Shown here piece after piece: positions 29,735 through 39,047 of a DNA stretch of 64,000 nt. The stretch is from positions 69,778 through 133,777 of the forward strand of contig DAISRJ010000001.1 in NCBI GenBank assembly GCA_036828955.1. The letters run 5' to 3'. The stretch's first letter is position 1, and each line of letters starts with the position of its first letter. The DNA comes from Candidatus Dormiibacterota bacterium (GTDB lineage Bacteria; Chloroflexota; Dormibacteria; Aeolococcales; Aeolococcaceae). The position numbers and the translations under genes are program-made. A model generated the notes under the pieces. The model did no database searches. It saw only the letters and a program-made list of their open reading frames with translations, and was not told the DNA's origin.

Positions 29735-29822
29735 TGCGTCGCATCTGCGGTCACCCTAGCAGAGGCGTCGTCGCCTGACCCGGCCTCCACCACCACCCCG
29801 CGTTCTAGACTGAGCGCGCGCG

Positions 29823-30488
29823 ATGCCCCGCTTCCGTCTCACCACCTACCTGCGCGACACCTTCGGGGTCGAAGACCTGAGGAGCTTTCGGCTGTGTGGC
29901 ATGGACGAGGTGGGCCGTGGCTCCTACGCCGGTCCCCTGGTCGCCGCGGCTGTTGTGCTTCCACCTCGCTTCCGTCACCCGCTTCTGCGTGACAGCAAGC
30001 TGCTCAGCGCCCGTCAGCGCGAGCTGGTCGGCGAGGTGATCCGGCGACGCGCGCTCGCCTGGGTGGTGGCCGAGATCTCGGCAGCCGACATCAACCACCG
30101 CGGCCTCGGCTGGGCCAACGTGGAGATCTTCCGCCGCCTCGTCGACCTCGTCGTGGCCGACGGCTATTGCTGCGACGGCAGGCTGCGTATCAACGCGTCG
30201 CACACCGTCCACTGCCTCGTCAAGGGAGACAACCTCGTGCCGGCGATCTCGGCGGCCTCGATCGTCGCCAAGGTGCACCGTGACGCGATCATGACCGCGA
30301 TGCACGCCCACGCCCCCCATTACAACTGGGCGAGCAACAAGGGATACGGTGCGCGCGAGCACCGCGAAGCCATCCTCAGTCACGGTCCGCACCCGCAGCA
30401 TCGCACCGTTTTCATCGACAACCTGATGCAGCTGGACCTCACCTTCGACGCGCCGATGGCGTCGGCTCTCGAAGCCGCCCAGGCCTGA
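29823..30488 (+). CDS. rnhB: Ribonuclease HII
   Basis: GMDEVGRGSYAGPLVAAAVVL active-site region; SKLLS; DSK-type motifs. Confidence 0.88.
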   Translation: MPRFRLTTYLRDTFGVEDLRSFRLCGMDEVGRGSYAGPLVAAAVVLPPRFRHPLLRDSKLLSARQRELVGEVIRRRALAWVVAEISAADINHRGLGWANVEIFRRLVDLVVADGYCCDGRLRINASHTVHCLVKGDNLVPAISAASIVAKVHRDAIMTAMHAHAPHYNWASNKGYGAREHREAILSHGPHPQHRTVFIDNLMQLDLTFDAPMASALEAAQA

Positions 30489-30528
30489 GGGGAGCTCGTC
30501 GGCAGCGCTGGCCGCCTATGCTCGAACA

Positions 30529-31056
30529 GTGAAGGCGACGCCGCAACCCTCGGTCGACGTCACGGCTTTCCGCGACGCCGCAGCCAGGTTCGCCAGTGGG
30601 GTCACCGTCGCCGCCGCGGCCCACAATGGCGTGCAGCACGTGATCACGGCGACGGCCTTCGCGTCGCTGTCCATCGAACCACCCCTGGTCCTGCTCGCCC
30701 TCGACCGCGCTGGCCAGTTGATCGGACTGGTGCGCGCCAGCGGCCACGTCGGGCTGAGCATCCTGTCCGCAGAGCAGGAGGACATCGGACGTACCGCGTC
30801 GGTACGCGGACGCGCTCCGCGGGCGTCGGTCGACGAGGCACCCACCACGGTTGCCGTGACCGGGGCGCCGCTGCTCCTCGGCGCGCTCGCCTGGTTCGAC
30901 TGCGAGGTGGAGTCGATCTCCGAGCACGGTGACCACGCGATCATCGTCGGCCGCGTGGTCGCCGCTGCATGCACGGACGGGAACCCACTGCTGTATTTCG
31001 CCCGCCACTACCACCGCCTGGGCATGCAACTGGGCGAGGTCGGCGCGAATCGCTAG
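30529..31056 (+). CDS. Flavin reductase-like (FMN-binding split barrel) protein
   Basis: FRDAAARFASGVTVAAA...ITATAFASLSIEPPLVLLAL pattern typical of HpaC-type flavin reductases. Confidence 0.8.
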   Translation: MKATPQPSVDVTAFRDAAARFASGVTVAAAAHNGVQHVITATAFASLSIEPPLVLLALDRAGQLIGLVRASGHVGLSILSAEQEDIGRTASVRGRAPRASVDEAPTTVAVTGAPLLLGALAWFDCEVESISEHGDHAIIVGRVVAAACTDGNPLLYFARHYHRLGMQLGEVGANR

Positions 31057-31111
31057 CGCTGACGCGCCAGCCGTCCTTGCGCTACGAACATCCGTTCGCT
31101 ATACTTGGGCC

Positions 31112-31402
31112 ATGAGCGCGAATCTGAGGGAACTGCTCCTGCCCCTGGGGGATGCGGCCGCTCCCAACGAGCTCACCACCCGCCGCTGGCAGCACCTGAT
31201 GACGGTCTCGGGGATCGATCCCGCTTCCGCGCAGCGGCTGGCACGGGCGTTTCCGTCCCTGTCGGCGGTCTATGGGGCCGATGAGGAACAGCTCGTGAAG
31301 GTGGTCGATCCTGTGGTGGCGTCACGTATCCGCTGGTTCCTCGACGCCCCTCTTGACACCGGGCTCTCCCTGACTGCGGTCGCCCGCGCCAAGGCTGCCT
31401 GA
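31112..31402 (+). CDS. Small helix-hairpin-helix-like protein, hypothetical
   Basis: ATG at 31112. LMTVSGIDPASAQRLARAF resembles an HhH motif. Coding-like third-position GC. Confidence 0.5.
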   Translation: MSANLRELLLPLGDAAAPNELTTRRWQHLMTVSGIDPASAQRLARAFPSLSAVYGADEEQLVKVVDPVVASRIRWFLDAPLDTGLSLTAVARAKAA

Positions 31403-31496
31403 GCCGGCCAACGCGGCGTGGGCGTTTGTGCCCCGATCGGCCCCCCCACGTATGATCGACGTGCACAGTCGACCGGAGGGCTAACGGAGGACGTTC

Positions 31497-32135
31497 GTGA
31501 TGTTGGGACGCAAGTCGAAGACGGCACTGCTCGAACGTGAGATCCCCAGCGCCGGTATGCGCGCAGCCGAAGTGGTCGGCGACGCCGCATCGGATCTCGC
31601 CGAGCGCGCCGTCGCCGCCGCGCAGAACGCTCAGCGGGTCGCGACCCCGGTGCTTCGCTCGGCCGCGGAGAAATCGGCCGGCACGCTGAGCCACGCGGCA
31701 GAGCGCGCCGCCGTGGTTCTCGCTGACACCGCCGAGCGTCTCGCCGACACCGGTGAGGAGCGCGTCGGGCCGGCCGTCGTCGCCGCCCGGCACCGCCTCG
31801 CGGACGCTTCCGAGGCACTTGCGGTCGCGGTGCGGCCAAAGCGCCGCCACCGCCTTCGCCGCCTCGTCGTTTTCAGCGCGATCACCGGAGCGATCGTGGC
31901 GCTGGTCAAGTCGCCGCTGCGCTCCAAGCTGGCGGACCGCTTGTTCGGTGCTCCTCCTCAGTTCGAGGATGACATCCCGGAGTCGATCACGCTCCCCTCG
32001 TCCCACCAGGATGCCGGGGTGCACGAGGAGCAGGCCCCGCAAGCGGACACCGAGGATACCGCGGAAGCGGTCGGTGGTTCCAACGGCGTCGTGTCGGGCT
32101 CGGCGCCGACCAAGGGCGAAGGCGCCAAGAGTTGA
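31497..32135 (+). CDS. Ala-rich helical protein with one TM segment, hypothetical
   Basis: Repetitive Ala/Glu/Arg helices, TM LVVFSAITGAIVALV, acidic tail. GTG/ATG start at 31497/31500. Confidence 0.55.
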   Translation: MMLGRKSKTALLEREIPSAGMRAAEVVGDAASDLAERAVAAAQNAQRVATPVLRSAAEKSAGTLSHAAERAAVVLADTAERLADTGEERVGPAVVAARHRLADASEALAVAVRPKRRHRLRRLVVFSAITGAIVALVKSPLRSKLADRLFGAPPQFEDDIPESITLPSSHQDAGVHEEQAPQADTEDTAEAVGGSNGVVSGSAPTKGEGAKS

Positions 32136-32139
32136 ATCG

Positions 32140-32814
32140 GTGAGCCCGGACGATCGACGTCCGTTCCAGGGCGCACCGTACGACCGCAACCGCAACGACC
32201 GGCCGGCGGGTCCCGGAGCTGATCGCGGCGACCGGCCGCACATGGACCGCCCGGGCTTCGTGCCGCCGCGCCCGTTCGTCCGGCCGCCCACACGGGGCGG
32301 AGACATGGCACCACCGGAGCACGTCGTCCGCCTCCGCGACGGCGACCGGGAGATCGAGGTCAGCGGCAATCCCGCCTTCGTCCGCCAGGTCCTCGACGAC
32401 CTTCCCGCCCTGATGGCGCGCCTGCGCGGCGAGGCCGGCGGGCGCACCACCATCTCGATGCCCGCGCCTCCGGCACCGGGCACCGCGACCCTGGCGCCGA
32501 GCACCGCTGCGGTGGTCGTCGATGAGCTGTCCAGTGCGGACACCGTCGTCGCCGGTCGCCCCGGTCGGGTGGCCCGCGCCGACCGCAACGGGGCGCAGAA
32601 GGAGCTCAGAGGCGACGCTGCCGGCGCATCGAACCTCGAGGAGCGCGTTTTCGGGGTGCTTCGTTCCAGTGACCGGCCACTCGCCATCGCGGCGATCCGT
32701 CAGCGGCTCGATGGCCCAGAGGCCACCGGCCAGCAGGTCCGCCGTCTCCTCGAGCGAGCAGGGTCGCGCGTCACCGTGTCGGCCGACCGCCCCGCAACCT
32801 ACTCCCTCCGCTAA
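32140..32814 (+). CDS. Hypothetical protein with a disordered Arg/Pro/Asp-rich N-terminus and a wHTH-like C-terminus
   Basis: GTG at 32140, 4 nt after the upstream stop. Strong third-position GC bias, checked by hand over 32341..32421. Confidence 0.5.
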   Translation: MSPDDRRPFQGAPYDRNRNDRPAGPGADRGDRPHMDRPGFVPPRPFVRPPTRGGDMAPPEHVVRLRDGDREIEVSGNPAFVRQVLDDLPALMARLRGEAGGRTTISMPAPPAPGTATLAPSTAAVVVDELSSADTVVAGRPGRVARADRNGAQKELRGDAAGASNLEERVFGVLRSSDRPLAIAAIRQRLDGPEATGQQVRRLLERAGSRVTVSADRPATYSLR

Positions 32815-32936
32815 GCACCCCGCCCGTGGCCGGCCGCTCAGCACCGCGGCGGCGATGGATCGCACGGTGCAATCGCGTCGGTCAGTGCAAACGAACACGA
32901 CGAACGGTACAATGACGCGAGTCGTGGGAGGGGGGC

Positions 32937-33770
32937 GTGGAGCCGGGAATCATCGCGGCAATCGTCGGGGGCAGCTGCGCACTGGTCGCCGTGCTCCTCA
33001 GCGGTCTCCGCGTCGTCAGGGAGTACCAGCGAGGCGTGATCTTGCGCCTGGGACGGCACGGCCCGACGCTTGACCCCGGGCTCCGCTACATCCTCCCGCT
33101 CGGCATCGACCGACTCACCCGGGTCGACCTGCGCAGTGCGCCTCTCGACGTCCCCGCTCACGAGGTGATCACCCACGACGGGGTGCCCGTGGTGGTCGGT
33201 GCCACGGTGACCCTCCAGGTGCTCAACCCCCTCCTCGCCCTCACCCGCGTGGTCGACTACCGTCAGGCCACCGTGCAGCTCGTCCAGGCCGCGCTGCGTG
33301 ACGTCGTCGCCGCCACCGCACTGCGCGAGCTGCTCCTCGACCAGGAGGCGATGCGCGAGGCCCTGGCTCAGTTTGTCGATGCCCGCGCGGAGCCGTGGGG
33401 GATCCGGGTGACGTCGGTAGACCTCACGGACGTCGTGCTCCCCGACGCCATGCAGCGCGCCATGGCCCGTCAGGCCGAGCTGCGCGGCGGCCAGGCGACC
33501 GCGCGCGCCCCCTCTGAGCCCAACGCCGACGCGCGGCAGCTGGAGGCTGTGGCCAAGATCCTCGCCACGCAGCCCCGCGATGTTCAGGCACGCTTTCTGC
33601 AGGCGCTCAGCGACGCGCGCAGCGGCGGTTCCACGGTGGTGGTGGTGCCCCTTCCGGTGGACCTGGTACAGCCCTTCGTCGATCTCCAGGGGCACGCCTT
33701 TCCCGCCCTGCTGTCGCCCGAGGGTGAAGCGCCCGGCGGCGACTCACCGGCGCCGGGCCAGGGCCAGTAG
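32937..33770 (+). CDS. SPFH/band-7 (stomatin/prohibitin-like) protein
   Basis: N-terminal TM followed by VREYQRGVILRLGR...VPAHEVITHDGVPV, typical of stomatin-like SPFH domains. Confidence 0.85.
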   Translation: MEPGIIAAIVGGSCALVAVLLSGLRVVREYQRGVILRLGRHGPTLDPGLRYILPLGIDRLTRVDLRSAPLDVPAHEVITHDGVPVVVGATVTLQVLNPLLALTRVVDYRQATVQLVQAALRDVVAATALRELLLDQEAMREALAQFVDARAEPWGIRVTSVDLTDVVLPDAMQRAMARQAELRGGQATARAPSEPNADARQLEAVAKILATQPRDVQARFLQALSDARSGGSTVVVVPLPVDLVQPFVDLQGHAFPALLSPEGEAPGGDSPAPGQGQ

Positions 33771-33806
33771 CGCGGGGAGGCCCGTCACGCCGCGGGCAAG
33801 CGCCGC

Positions 33807-35069
33807 TCACCTGTCCTGCCCTGTCGTCAACACGAGGCAGGCATTGTGCCCCCCGAACCCGAAGGACGTCGACATCGACACGGTCGGCGATGCGGCGCGT
33901 CCCACCAGGGGAACGTAATCAAGGTCGCACTCCGGGTCGCGGTTCTCGAGGTTGATGGTGGGCGGGATGAACTGATCGCGCATGGCGAGCAGGCAGGCGA
34001 TCGCCTCGATGGCGCCGGCGGCGCCGAGCATGTGCCCGGTCATCGACTTGGTCGACGAGATCGGCGTCGTGTACGCACCGTCCCCGAACACGGCCTTGAA
34101 GGCCCGCGTCTCGGCCGCGTCATTGAGCCCCGTCCCCGTGCCGTGCGCATTGATGTAGCCGATGTCGCGCGGCTCGACCCCGGCGCGCTTCAGGGCCAGG
34201 CGGATACAGCGGGTGGCGCCGTCGCCACTCGGATCAGGCGCGGTCATGTGGTAGGCGTCGGACGTGGCGGCGTAACCGATCACCTCGCCGTGGATGGCGG
34301 CGCCGCGGGCAAGCGCATGCTCACGCTCCTCGAGCACGAGCAGCGCACAACCCTCCGCGGAGACGAAGCCGTCGCGGTCGCGGTCGAACGGCCGTGATGC
34401 GTGCTCGGGGTCGTCGTTGCGCGTGGACAGGGCGCGCGCTGCCGCGAACATGGTGATGCCGGTTGCCGTGATGGCGGCCTCTGTGCCCCCGGCGATGACC
34501 GCCACCGCGTCGCCGCGGCGGATCCACTCAGCCGCCTCGCCCACCGCATCGGCCCCGGTCGCGCACGCCGACACCACGGCCTGGTTTGGGCCACGAGCGC
34601 CGATGTCCATGGCCACCGACGCCGCCGCCATGTCGATGAGCGATGTGGCGGCCGCGAATGGCGAGACGCGGCGGGCGCCGGAGCGGTCGAGGGTGCGCGT
34701 GGCCATCTCCACCACCTCGAGACCGCCCACCCCCGAACCGATGCAGACCCCAACCTCGGTGCCGATCGACGCAAGGTCGAGCCCGCTTTCCGCCACCGCC
34801 TCGCGAGCCGCCACGATTGCCAGCTGGCTGTTGCGGCTGTTGCGCCGGGCGACCTTGGCCCCCAGCGCCGCTGTCGCATCAAAACCTCGCACCTCCCCGG
34901 CGATGCGGACGGGCAGGGCGGCGGCGTCGAAGAGCGTGATCGGGCCGACGCCGCTCGCCCCCGAACGCATCGCGCTCCACGTCGAGGCCACGTCGAGACC
35001 GAGGGGCGTGACCGCCCCCATGGCCGTGACCACGACGCGGGCGCGGCCCGGCTCAGCCACGTCGATCAC
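33807..35069 (-). CDS. fabF: Beta-ketoacyl-ACP synthase II
   Basis: Active-site Cys SACATG, His motifs NAHGTGT and GHMLGAAG. 420 aa. Confidence 0.9.
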   Translation of the reverse strand: MIDVAEPGRARVVVTAMGAVTPLGLDVASTWSAMRSGASGVGPITLFDAAALPVRIAGEVRGFDATAALGAKVARRNSRNSQLAIVAAREAVAESGLDLASIGTEVGVCIGSGVGGLEVVEMATRTLDRSGARRVSPFAAATSLIDMAAASVAMDIGARGPNQAVVSACATGADAVGEAAEWIRRGDAVAVIAGGTEAAITATGITMFAAARALSTRNDDPEHASRPFDRDRDGFVSAEGCALLVLEEREHALARGAAIHGEVIGYAATSDAYHMTAPDPSGDGATRCIRLALKRAGVEPRDIGYINAHGTGTGLNDAAETRAFKAVFGDGAYTTPISSTKSMTGHMLGAAGAIEAIACLLAMRDQFIPPTINLENRDPECDLDYVPLVGRAASPTVSMSTSFGFGGHNACLVLTTGQDR

Positions 35070-35238
35070 GGACGGCCGGCGGCAGCAGGCGGAGGCGGGC
35101 TGTGCTCATCCGCCTAATCCTGCATCGCCGCACCGCCCGCGCGACGTTCCACGGCGGCGGTGACGGTGCCATCGATGCGGCGGTGCGCTAGGGTGCGGCG
35201 GTGACGCCATCGAGTGCAGCGCGGCGGCGCGCCCGGGC

Positions 35239-35802
35239 GTGATCGATTCGTCGAGGGTGCCGGCCGGCGTGTCGCTGCGCGAGCTGCGCCAGTCGGATGC
35301 CGCCGAGGTCGCCGCGATGAATGCCCGCAACCGCGCCGACATCGAGCGCGTCAGCCCGCCGCAGACGGAGGCGACGTTCACCGTCCCGGGCCAGGCGCAG
35401 CGGATCACCGAGATCCTCGCGCAGTCGGCACTGGGCAGCCGCGCCTATTGGACGATCCGCGTCGACGGCGTGCTTGCCGGCGACATCTCACTGCACGCCA
35501 TCCAGCGCGGCCCGGTGCAGACCGCCAATGTCGGCTACATGGTCGACGCCGCGTTCCGCGGACGCGGCGTGGCCACGGCGGCTCTGCGCCTGGTGGTCGC
35601 GCGCGCTTTCGGCGACCTCGGGCTGCACCGCCTCGACGCCGGGGCGATGCCGAGCAATCTCGGTTCCCAACGGGTGCTGGAGAAGGCAGGGTTCACCAGG
35701 GTCGGCGTGCTCGAGCGCTTCCTCTTCGTGGCCGGCTCGTGGCAGGACCACGTCCTCTACGAGATGGTGGGCGCGGATTTCGTGCCTGACGTCTCCGGCT
35801 GA
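35239..35802 (+). CDS. GNAT N-acetyltransferase (RimJ/RimL-like)
   Basis: Acetyl-CoA site RGRGVATAALRLVV...GLHRLDAGAMPSNLGSQRVLEKAGF. Confidence 0.85.
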   Translation: MIDSSRVPAGVSLRELRQSDAAEVAAMNARNRADIERVSPPQTEATFTVPGQAQRITEILAQSALGSRAYWTIRVDGVLAGDISLHAIQRGPVQTANVGYMVDAAFRGRGVATAALRLVVARAFGDLGLHRLDAGAMPSNLGSQRVLEKAGFTRVGVLERFLFVAGSWQDHVLYEMVGADFVPDVSG

Positions 35803-37082
35803 GCGACGCCGGGGACGGCGCCCGCCGGCAGCGTGGCCGCGAGCAGCTCCTGCGTCGGCAGGGTCCGCATGCGCGGTAGCGGCGAGCGCAGCAGCCAGAG
35901 GACTCCGAGCAGCGCCCCAGTTGTGGACATCCACAGCGTCGAACGCAGCCCGAGCGTGGCCCCCAGGGTGCCGCCGGCGATCGCCCCCACAGGCCGCAGC
36001 CCGTAGTTGATCGTGCTGTAGGCGCCGGAGACTCGGGCTCGCAACACGTCAGGGACGGTCGCGGTGAGGATCGCCCCAATGGTGATGTCGAGCATCACCA
36101 CGCCCACCCCTGACCCGAACTCCGCCGCGAAGAGCAGCGTCAGGATGACCGGCTTGCTCATCCCGGCCGCGACGGGAAGCAGGATTGCCGGCGCCGGGAA
36201 GAGCACGCAGCTGAGAGTGAACGCGCCGCCGACGCCGAGGGCGCGACTCACGCGCGAGGTGAGCGCCGCGCCGATCACCGCCCCGATGGCGCCGACGCCG
36301 AGCACGAGGCCAAGCTCGCCGGGAGCGAGGCCGAGGGTGCGCGTCGCGTAGAGCACGAGCAGCGCGGAGGTCGCGAAGGAGAACACGTTGATGGTGGCGG
36401 TCGCGCCGAGCAGGGCGCGCACCGAGTGCGAGTGCCTGATGAACCTCGCACCCTCCGTGAGGTGACCGCGGCCTCCGCCGGCGGTGGGCGGCTCCTCCGG
36501 GTGGATGCGGGCGAGGAACAGGGCCGAACCGAGGTAGGACACGGCGTCGACGACGATCGCCCCGGGAGCCGTGGCCACCTGGACGAGAATGCCGCCCAGG
36601 CTCTGGCCGCCGACGAATGACAGCGCTCGGCTGCCGTGGACCAGGGAGTTGGCGTCGACGTAGGCGGGCGGCTCGACGATGGCCGCGAACACCGTGCTCT
36701 GGGCAACGCTGAACAGCACGCTGGCGCACCCGACGGCGAAGGCGACGGCATATAGCTGGGCGAAGGTGAGCACGCCGAGCAGGTACGCGAGGGGGATGGT
36801 CCCCAGGAACAGCGCCCGGACGAGGTCGGCCACGAGCATCACGACACGGCGGTGCCCGAATGTGTCCACCCAGCCGCCCGCGGCGATGGAGAACAGCAGG
36901 CTGGGGGCCAGCCCGGCGGCGGTGAGGTATCCCGCCTGCTCCGCTCCCGCGTGGAGCACGAGGATGGCGGTCAGCGGCAGCGCCAGGATGCTGACCTGGT
37001 CGCCGAACAGCGAGATCGTCTGGCCGGTCCAGTAACGGCGAAAGGTTCGCTCGCGCAGCAGCGGCGGGATCAGCCGGGTCAC
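35757..37082 (-). CDS. MFS transporter
   Basis: Start at GTG 37082 (VTRLIPPLLRERTFRRYWTGQTISLFGDQ), GTGA-overlapping the upstream SRPBCC stop. About 12 TM. Confidence 0.8.
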   Translation of the reverse strand: MTRLIPPLLRERTFRRYWTGQTISLFGDQVSILALPLTAILVLHAGAEQAGYLTAAGLAPSLLFSIAAGGWVDTFGHRRVVMLVADLVRALFLGTIPLAYLLGVLTFAQLYAVAFAVGCASVLFSVAQSTVFAAIVEPPAYVDANSLVHGSRALSFVGGQSLGGILVQVATAPGAIVVDAVSYLGSALFLARIHPEEPPTAGGGRGHLTEGARFIRHSHSVRALLGATATINVFSFATSALLVLYATRTLGLAPGELGLVLGVGAIGAVIGAALTSRVSRALGVGGAFTLSCVLFPAPAILLPVAAGMSKPVILTLLFAAEFGSGVGVVMLDITIGAILTATVPDVLRARVSGAYSTINYGLRPVGAIAGGTLGATLGLRSTLWMSTTGALLGVLWLLRSPLPRMRTLPTQELLAATLPAGAVPGVAQPETSGTKSAPTIS

Positions 37083-37525
37083 CGCGAGGCCTCGGCGGGC
37101 GGCGCCAGCACCGCACACAGGCGCTCCAGGCTGTCCAACTCCTCGACCATCTGGCGGAGGACGAAGCCGGTGAGCAGGCGCAAGGCGCCGCGCGGCGACA
37201 GCGTCACCGCCAGCGTCACGGTGGTTCGGGCGGGTGCGGCCTCGGCGAGCGTGTACTCGGCGGTGCCGCGGACGGGCCCCGCGGTGACCGTGTACGCGTA
37301 GAACTCCGGACGCCGCCACGCGGTGACCACGTAGTCGGCCTCGGCGACCTTGCCGGCCGGTCCGTACACCAGCTGGCGCCAGACGCTTCCCTCACCGCCA
37401 TCGCCGCTGCTCCGGCCCACCTCGATCACCCACGGACGCCAGCCACTGTTGCGGGACCCGTCGGCGATGTGGTCGAAGACGACCTCGGCGGGGCGGTGGA
37501 CGACGACCGTGTGTTCCCCGTGCAC
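37079..37525 (-). CDS. SRPBCC (START/cyclase-dehydrase-like) protein
   Basis: 148-aa. N-terminus HTVVVHRPAEVVFDHIADGSRNSGWRPWV is typical of the polyketide_cyc2/SRPBCC fold. Confidence 0.75.
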   Translation of the reverse strand: MHGEHTVVVHRPAEVVFDHIADGSRNSGWRPWVIEVGRSSGDGGEGSVWRQLVYGPAGKVAEADYVVTAWRRPEFYAYTVTAGPVRGTAEYTLAEAAPARTTVTLAVTLSPRGALRLLTGFVLRQMVEELDSLERLCAVLAPPAEASR

Positions 37526-37536
37526 GATTCCCCGCT

Positions 37537-37770
37537 CTAGGTGGTGGAGGTGGCGGCGAGCCGGCCGTCCTCCATGTTCACAACGCGGTCGGCGTATTCC
37601 ACCGCGACCCGGTCGTGTGTCGCCATCAGCACGGCCGTCCCTGTCGCCGCTACCTCGCGCAGCAATTGCATGATACCGGCGGCGGTCTCGCTGTCGAGCT
37701 GGGCGGTCGGCTCATCGGCGATGACCGCGATGGGCCGCTTGACGATGGCCCGGGCCGCGTCACCGCGCCC
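37537..37770 (-). pseudogene. Remnant of an ABC transporter ATP-binding gene (C-terminal ~77 codons only)
   Basis: My own translation gives GRGDAARAIVKRPIAVIADEPTAQLDSETAAGIMQLLREVAATGTAVLMATHDRVAVEYADRVVNMEDGRLAATSTT*. Walker B, D-loop and H-loop are present. Walker A, Q-loop and the LSGGQ signature are absent. The frame is closed by a stop at 37771..37773, where the GNAT gene ends. Confidence 0.7.
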
Positions 37771-38301
37771 TCAGCCGGCCCGGAGCGCTGCGACCGTTGT
37801 GGGGCCGCGGTGCAGTCTCATCTCGTGTTCCTCGATGGAGGGTTGAGACCGCACCGGCTTGTGTCGGCCCGTGACCCAGAATCCCAGCTCCGCATAGAGG
37901 CAGCGCGCGGCGGTGTTCCCCTCGGCGACCCAGAGGAGCACCGGGGACAGGCCGGCTGCGACGGCGAAGTCGACCGCGGCGGCGATGAGGACCCGCGCCA
38001 CGCCCTGACGCCTCTGCTCCGGCCGCACCCAGACGCTGATCACCTGGGCCGAGCCGTCGTCCTCCGCGTAGATCCCCGCCATTCCCGCCGGGTGGTCGTC
38101 GCGATAGGCCATGAACAGACGGGACGTCGTCGATCCTCGGGCGCGCTCACGCCAGCGTTGGTCACTCCAGGCAGCGGCGTCGGCGAACATGGTTTCGAAC
38201 GCGGCGGGCGACTCGGCGAGCGCCGTGAGGCGGATGCGGCGGAGCACCTCCCAGTCGTCCTCGGTGAGACCGCGGACGACGCAGGTCGGGGTGCCGCTCA
38301 C
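37771..38301 (-). CDS. GNAT N-acetyltransferase
   Basis: Start at GTG 38301 (GTGA overlap with the methyltransferase stop). RRQGVARVLIAAAVDFA...CLYAELGFWVTG. Confidence 0.8.
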   Translation of the reverse strand: MSGTPTCVVRGLTEDDWEVLRRIRLTALAESPAAFETMFADAAAWSDQRWRERARGSTTSRLFMAYRDDHPAGMAGIYAEDDGSAQVISVWVRPEQRRQGVARVLIAAAVDFAVAAGLSPVLLWVAEGNTAARCLYAELGFWVTGRHKPVRSQPSIEEHEMRLHRGPTTVAALRAG

Positions 38302-39047
38302 CTCAGGTCCGCACGAAAGCACTGGGTGAGGTACGGAAGCCCGAATCGCTCGGCCCCGGCCAGGTCGGCGTGGGTGTCCGTGAGGCGGCGCACGTCGGCC
38401 AGGACCGCATCGCGTTCCTCTCTGGGGAGCGTGATCACGTAACTCCTCGACGCAACCAGGTCGACCAGCGATGCCCGGGTCAGCCAGTGCGTCCACGCCA
38501 CCTCGCGATGCTCGATCGGCCCAAACGGAGGGCCAACCGCGGGCTTGGGGCCGTCCGAGTCCCGCTCCCCGTGCGCGTGCATGAGCCGGCCGAGGTCAAG
38601 CACCCAGCTCTCGCGCTCGTCACGGATGTTCCAGAGGAGGCCAAGCCTGCCCGCCGGGGCGAGGACGCGCGCCACCTCGGGAACGGCCAGCGTCGGGTTG
38701 ACCCAGTGCCACGCCTGCGCGACGAGGACGGCGTCGACGCCGCCATCGTCGAGGGGTATCGCCTCGGCGGTACCGGCGAGGAGGGTGACCTGGGGGAACG
38801 CCGCGGCGAGCCGGTCGCGCATCCCGCTCAGCGGCTCGACGGCGACGACGTCAAGGCCGCGCCGCTGGAGCAGCCCGGTCAGCTTCCCTGTGCCGGCCCC
38901 GAGGTCGAGGACGCGGCGCGCCGCGGACGGAAGCAGCCAGTCGACGGCCTCGTCGGGGTACTGCGGGCGACCCCGCTCGTAGGCGGCGGCAGCGACGCCG
39001 AACGACGCCGCGGCGCTGATCGGCGGCTCATCGACGGTGCCGGTCAC
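38298..39047 (-). CDS. Class I SAM-dependent methyltransferase
   Basis: Motif I VLDLGAGTGKLT. GTG start GTGA-overlapping the CGNR gene stop. Confidence 0.85.
   Translation of the reverse strand: MTGTVDEPPISAAASFGVAAAAYERGRPQYPDEAVDWLLPSAARRVLDLGAGTGKLTGLLQRRGLDVVAVEPLSGMRDRLAAAFPQVTLLAGTAEAIPLDDGGVDAVLVAQAWHWVNPTLAVPEVARVLAPAGRLGLLWNIRDERESWVLDLGRLMHAHGERDSDGPKPAVGPPFGPIEHREVAWTHWLTRASLVDLVASRSYVITLPREERDAVLADVRRLTDTHADLAGAERFGLPYLTQCFRADLR

Noticed and set aside
35154-35228. Direct repeats in the fabF/GNAT intergenic region: GCGGCGGTGACG(GTG)CCATCGA(T/G)TGC occurs twice and GCGGCGGTG occurs three times.
   Set aside because: The sequence is low-complexity GCG/GTG-rich and the copies are imperfect. 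I cannot distinguish it from chance in this composition. It is only worth revisiting if the motif is conserved in relatives.
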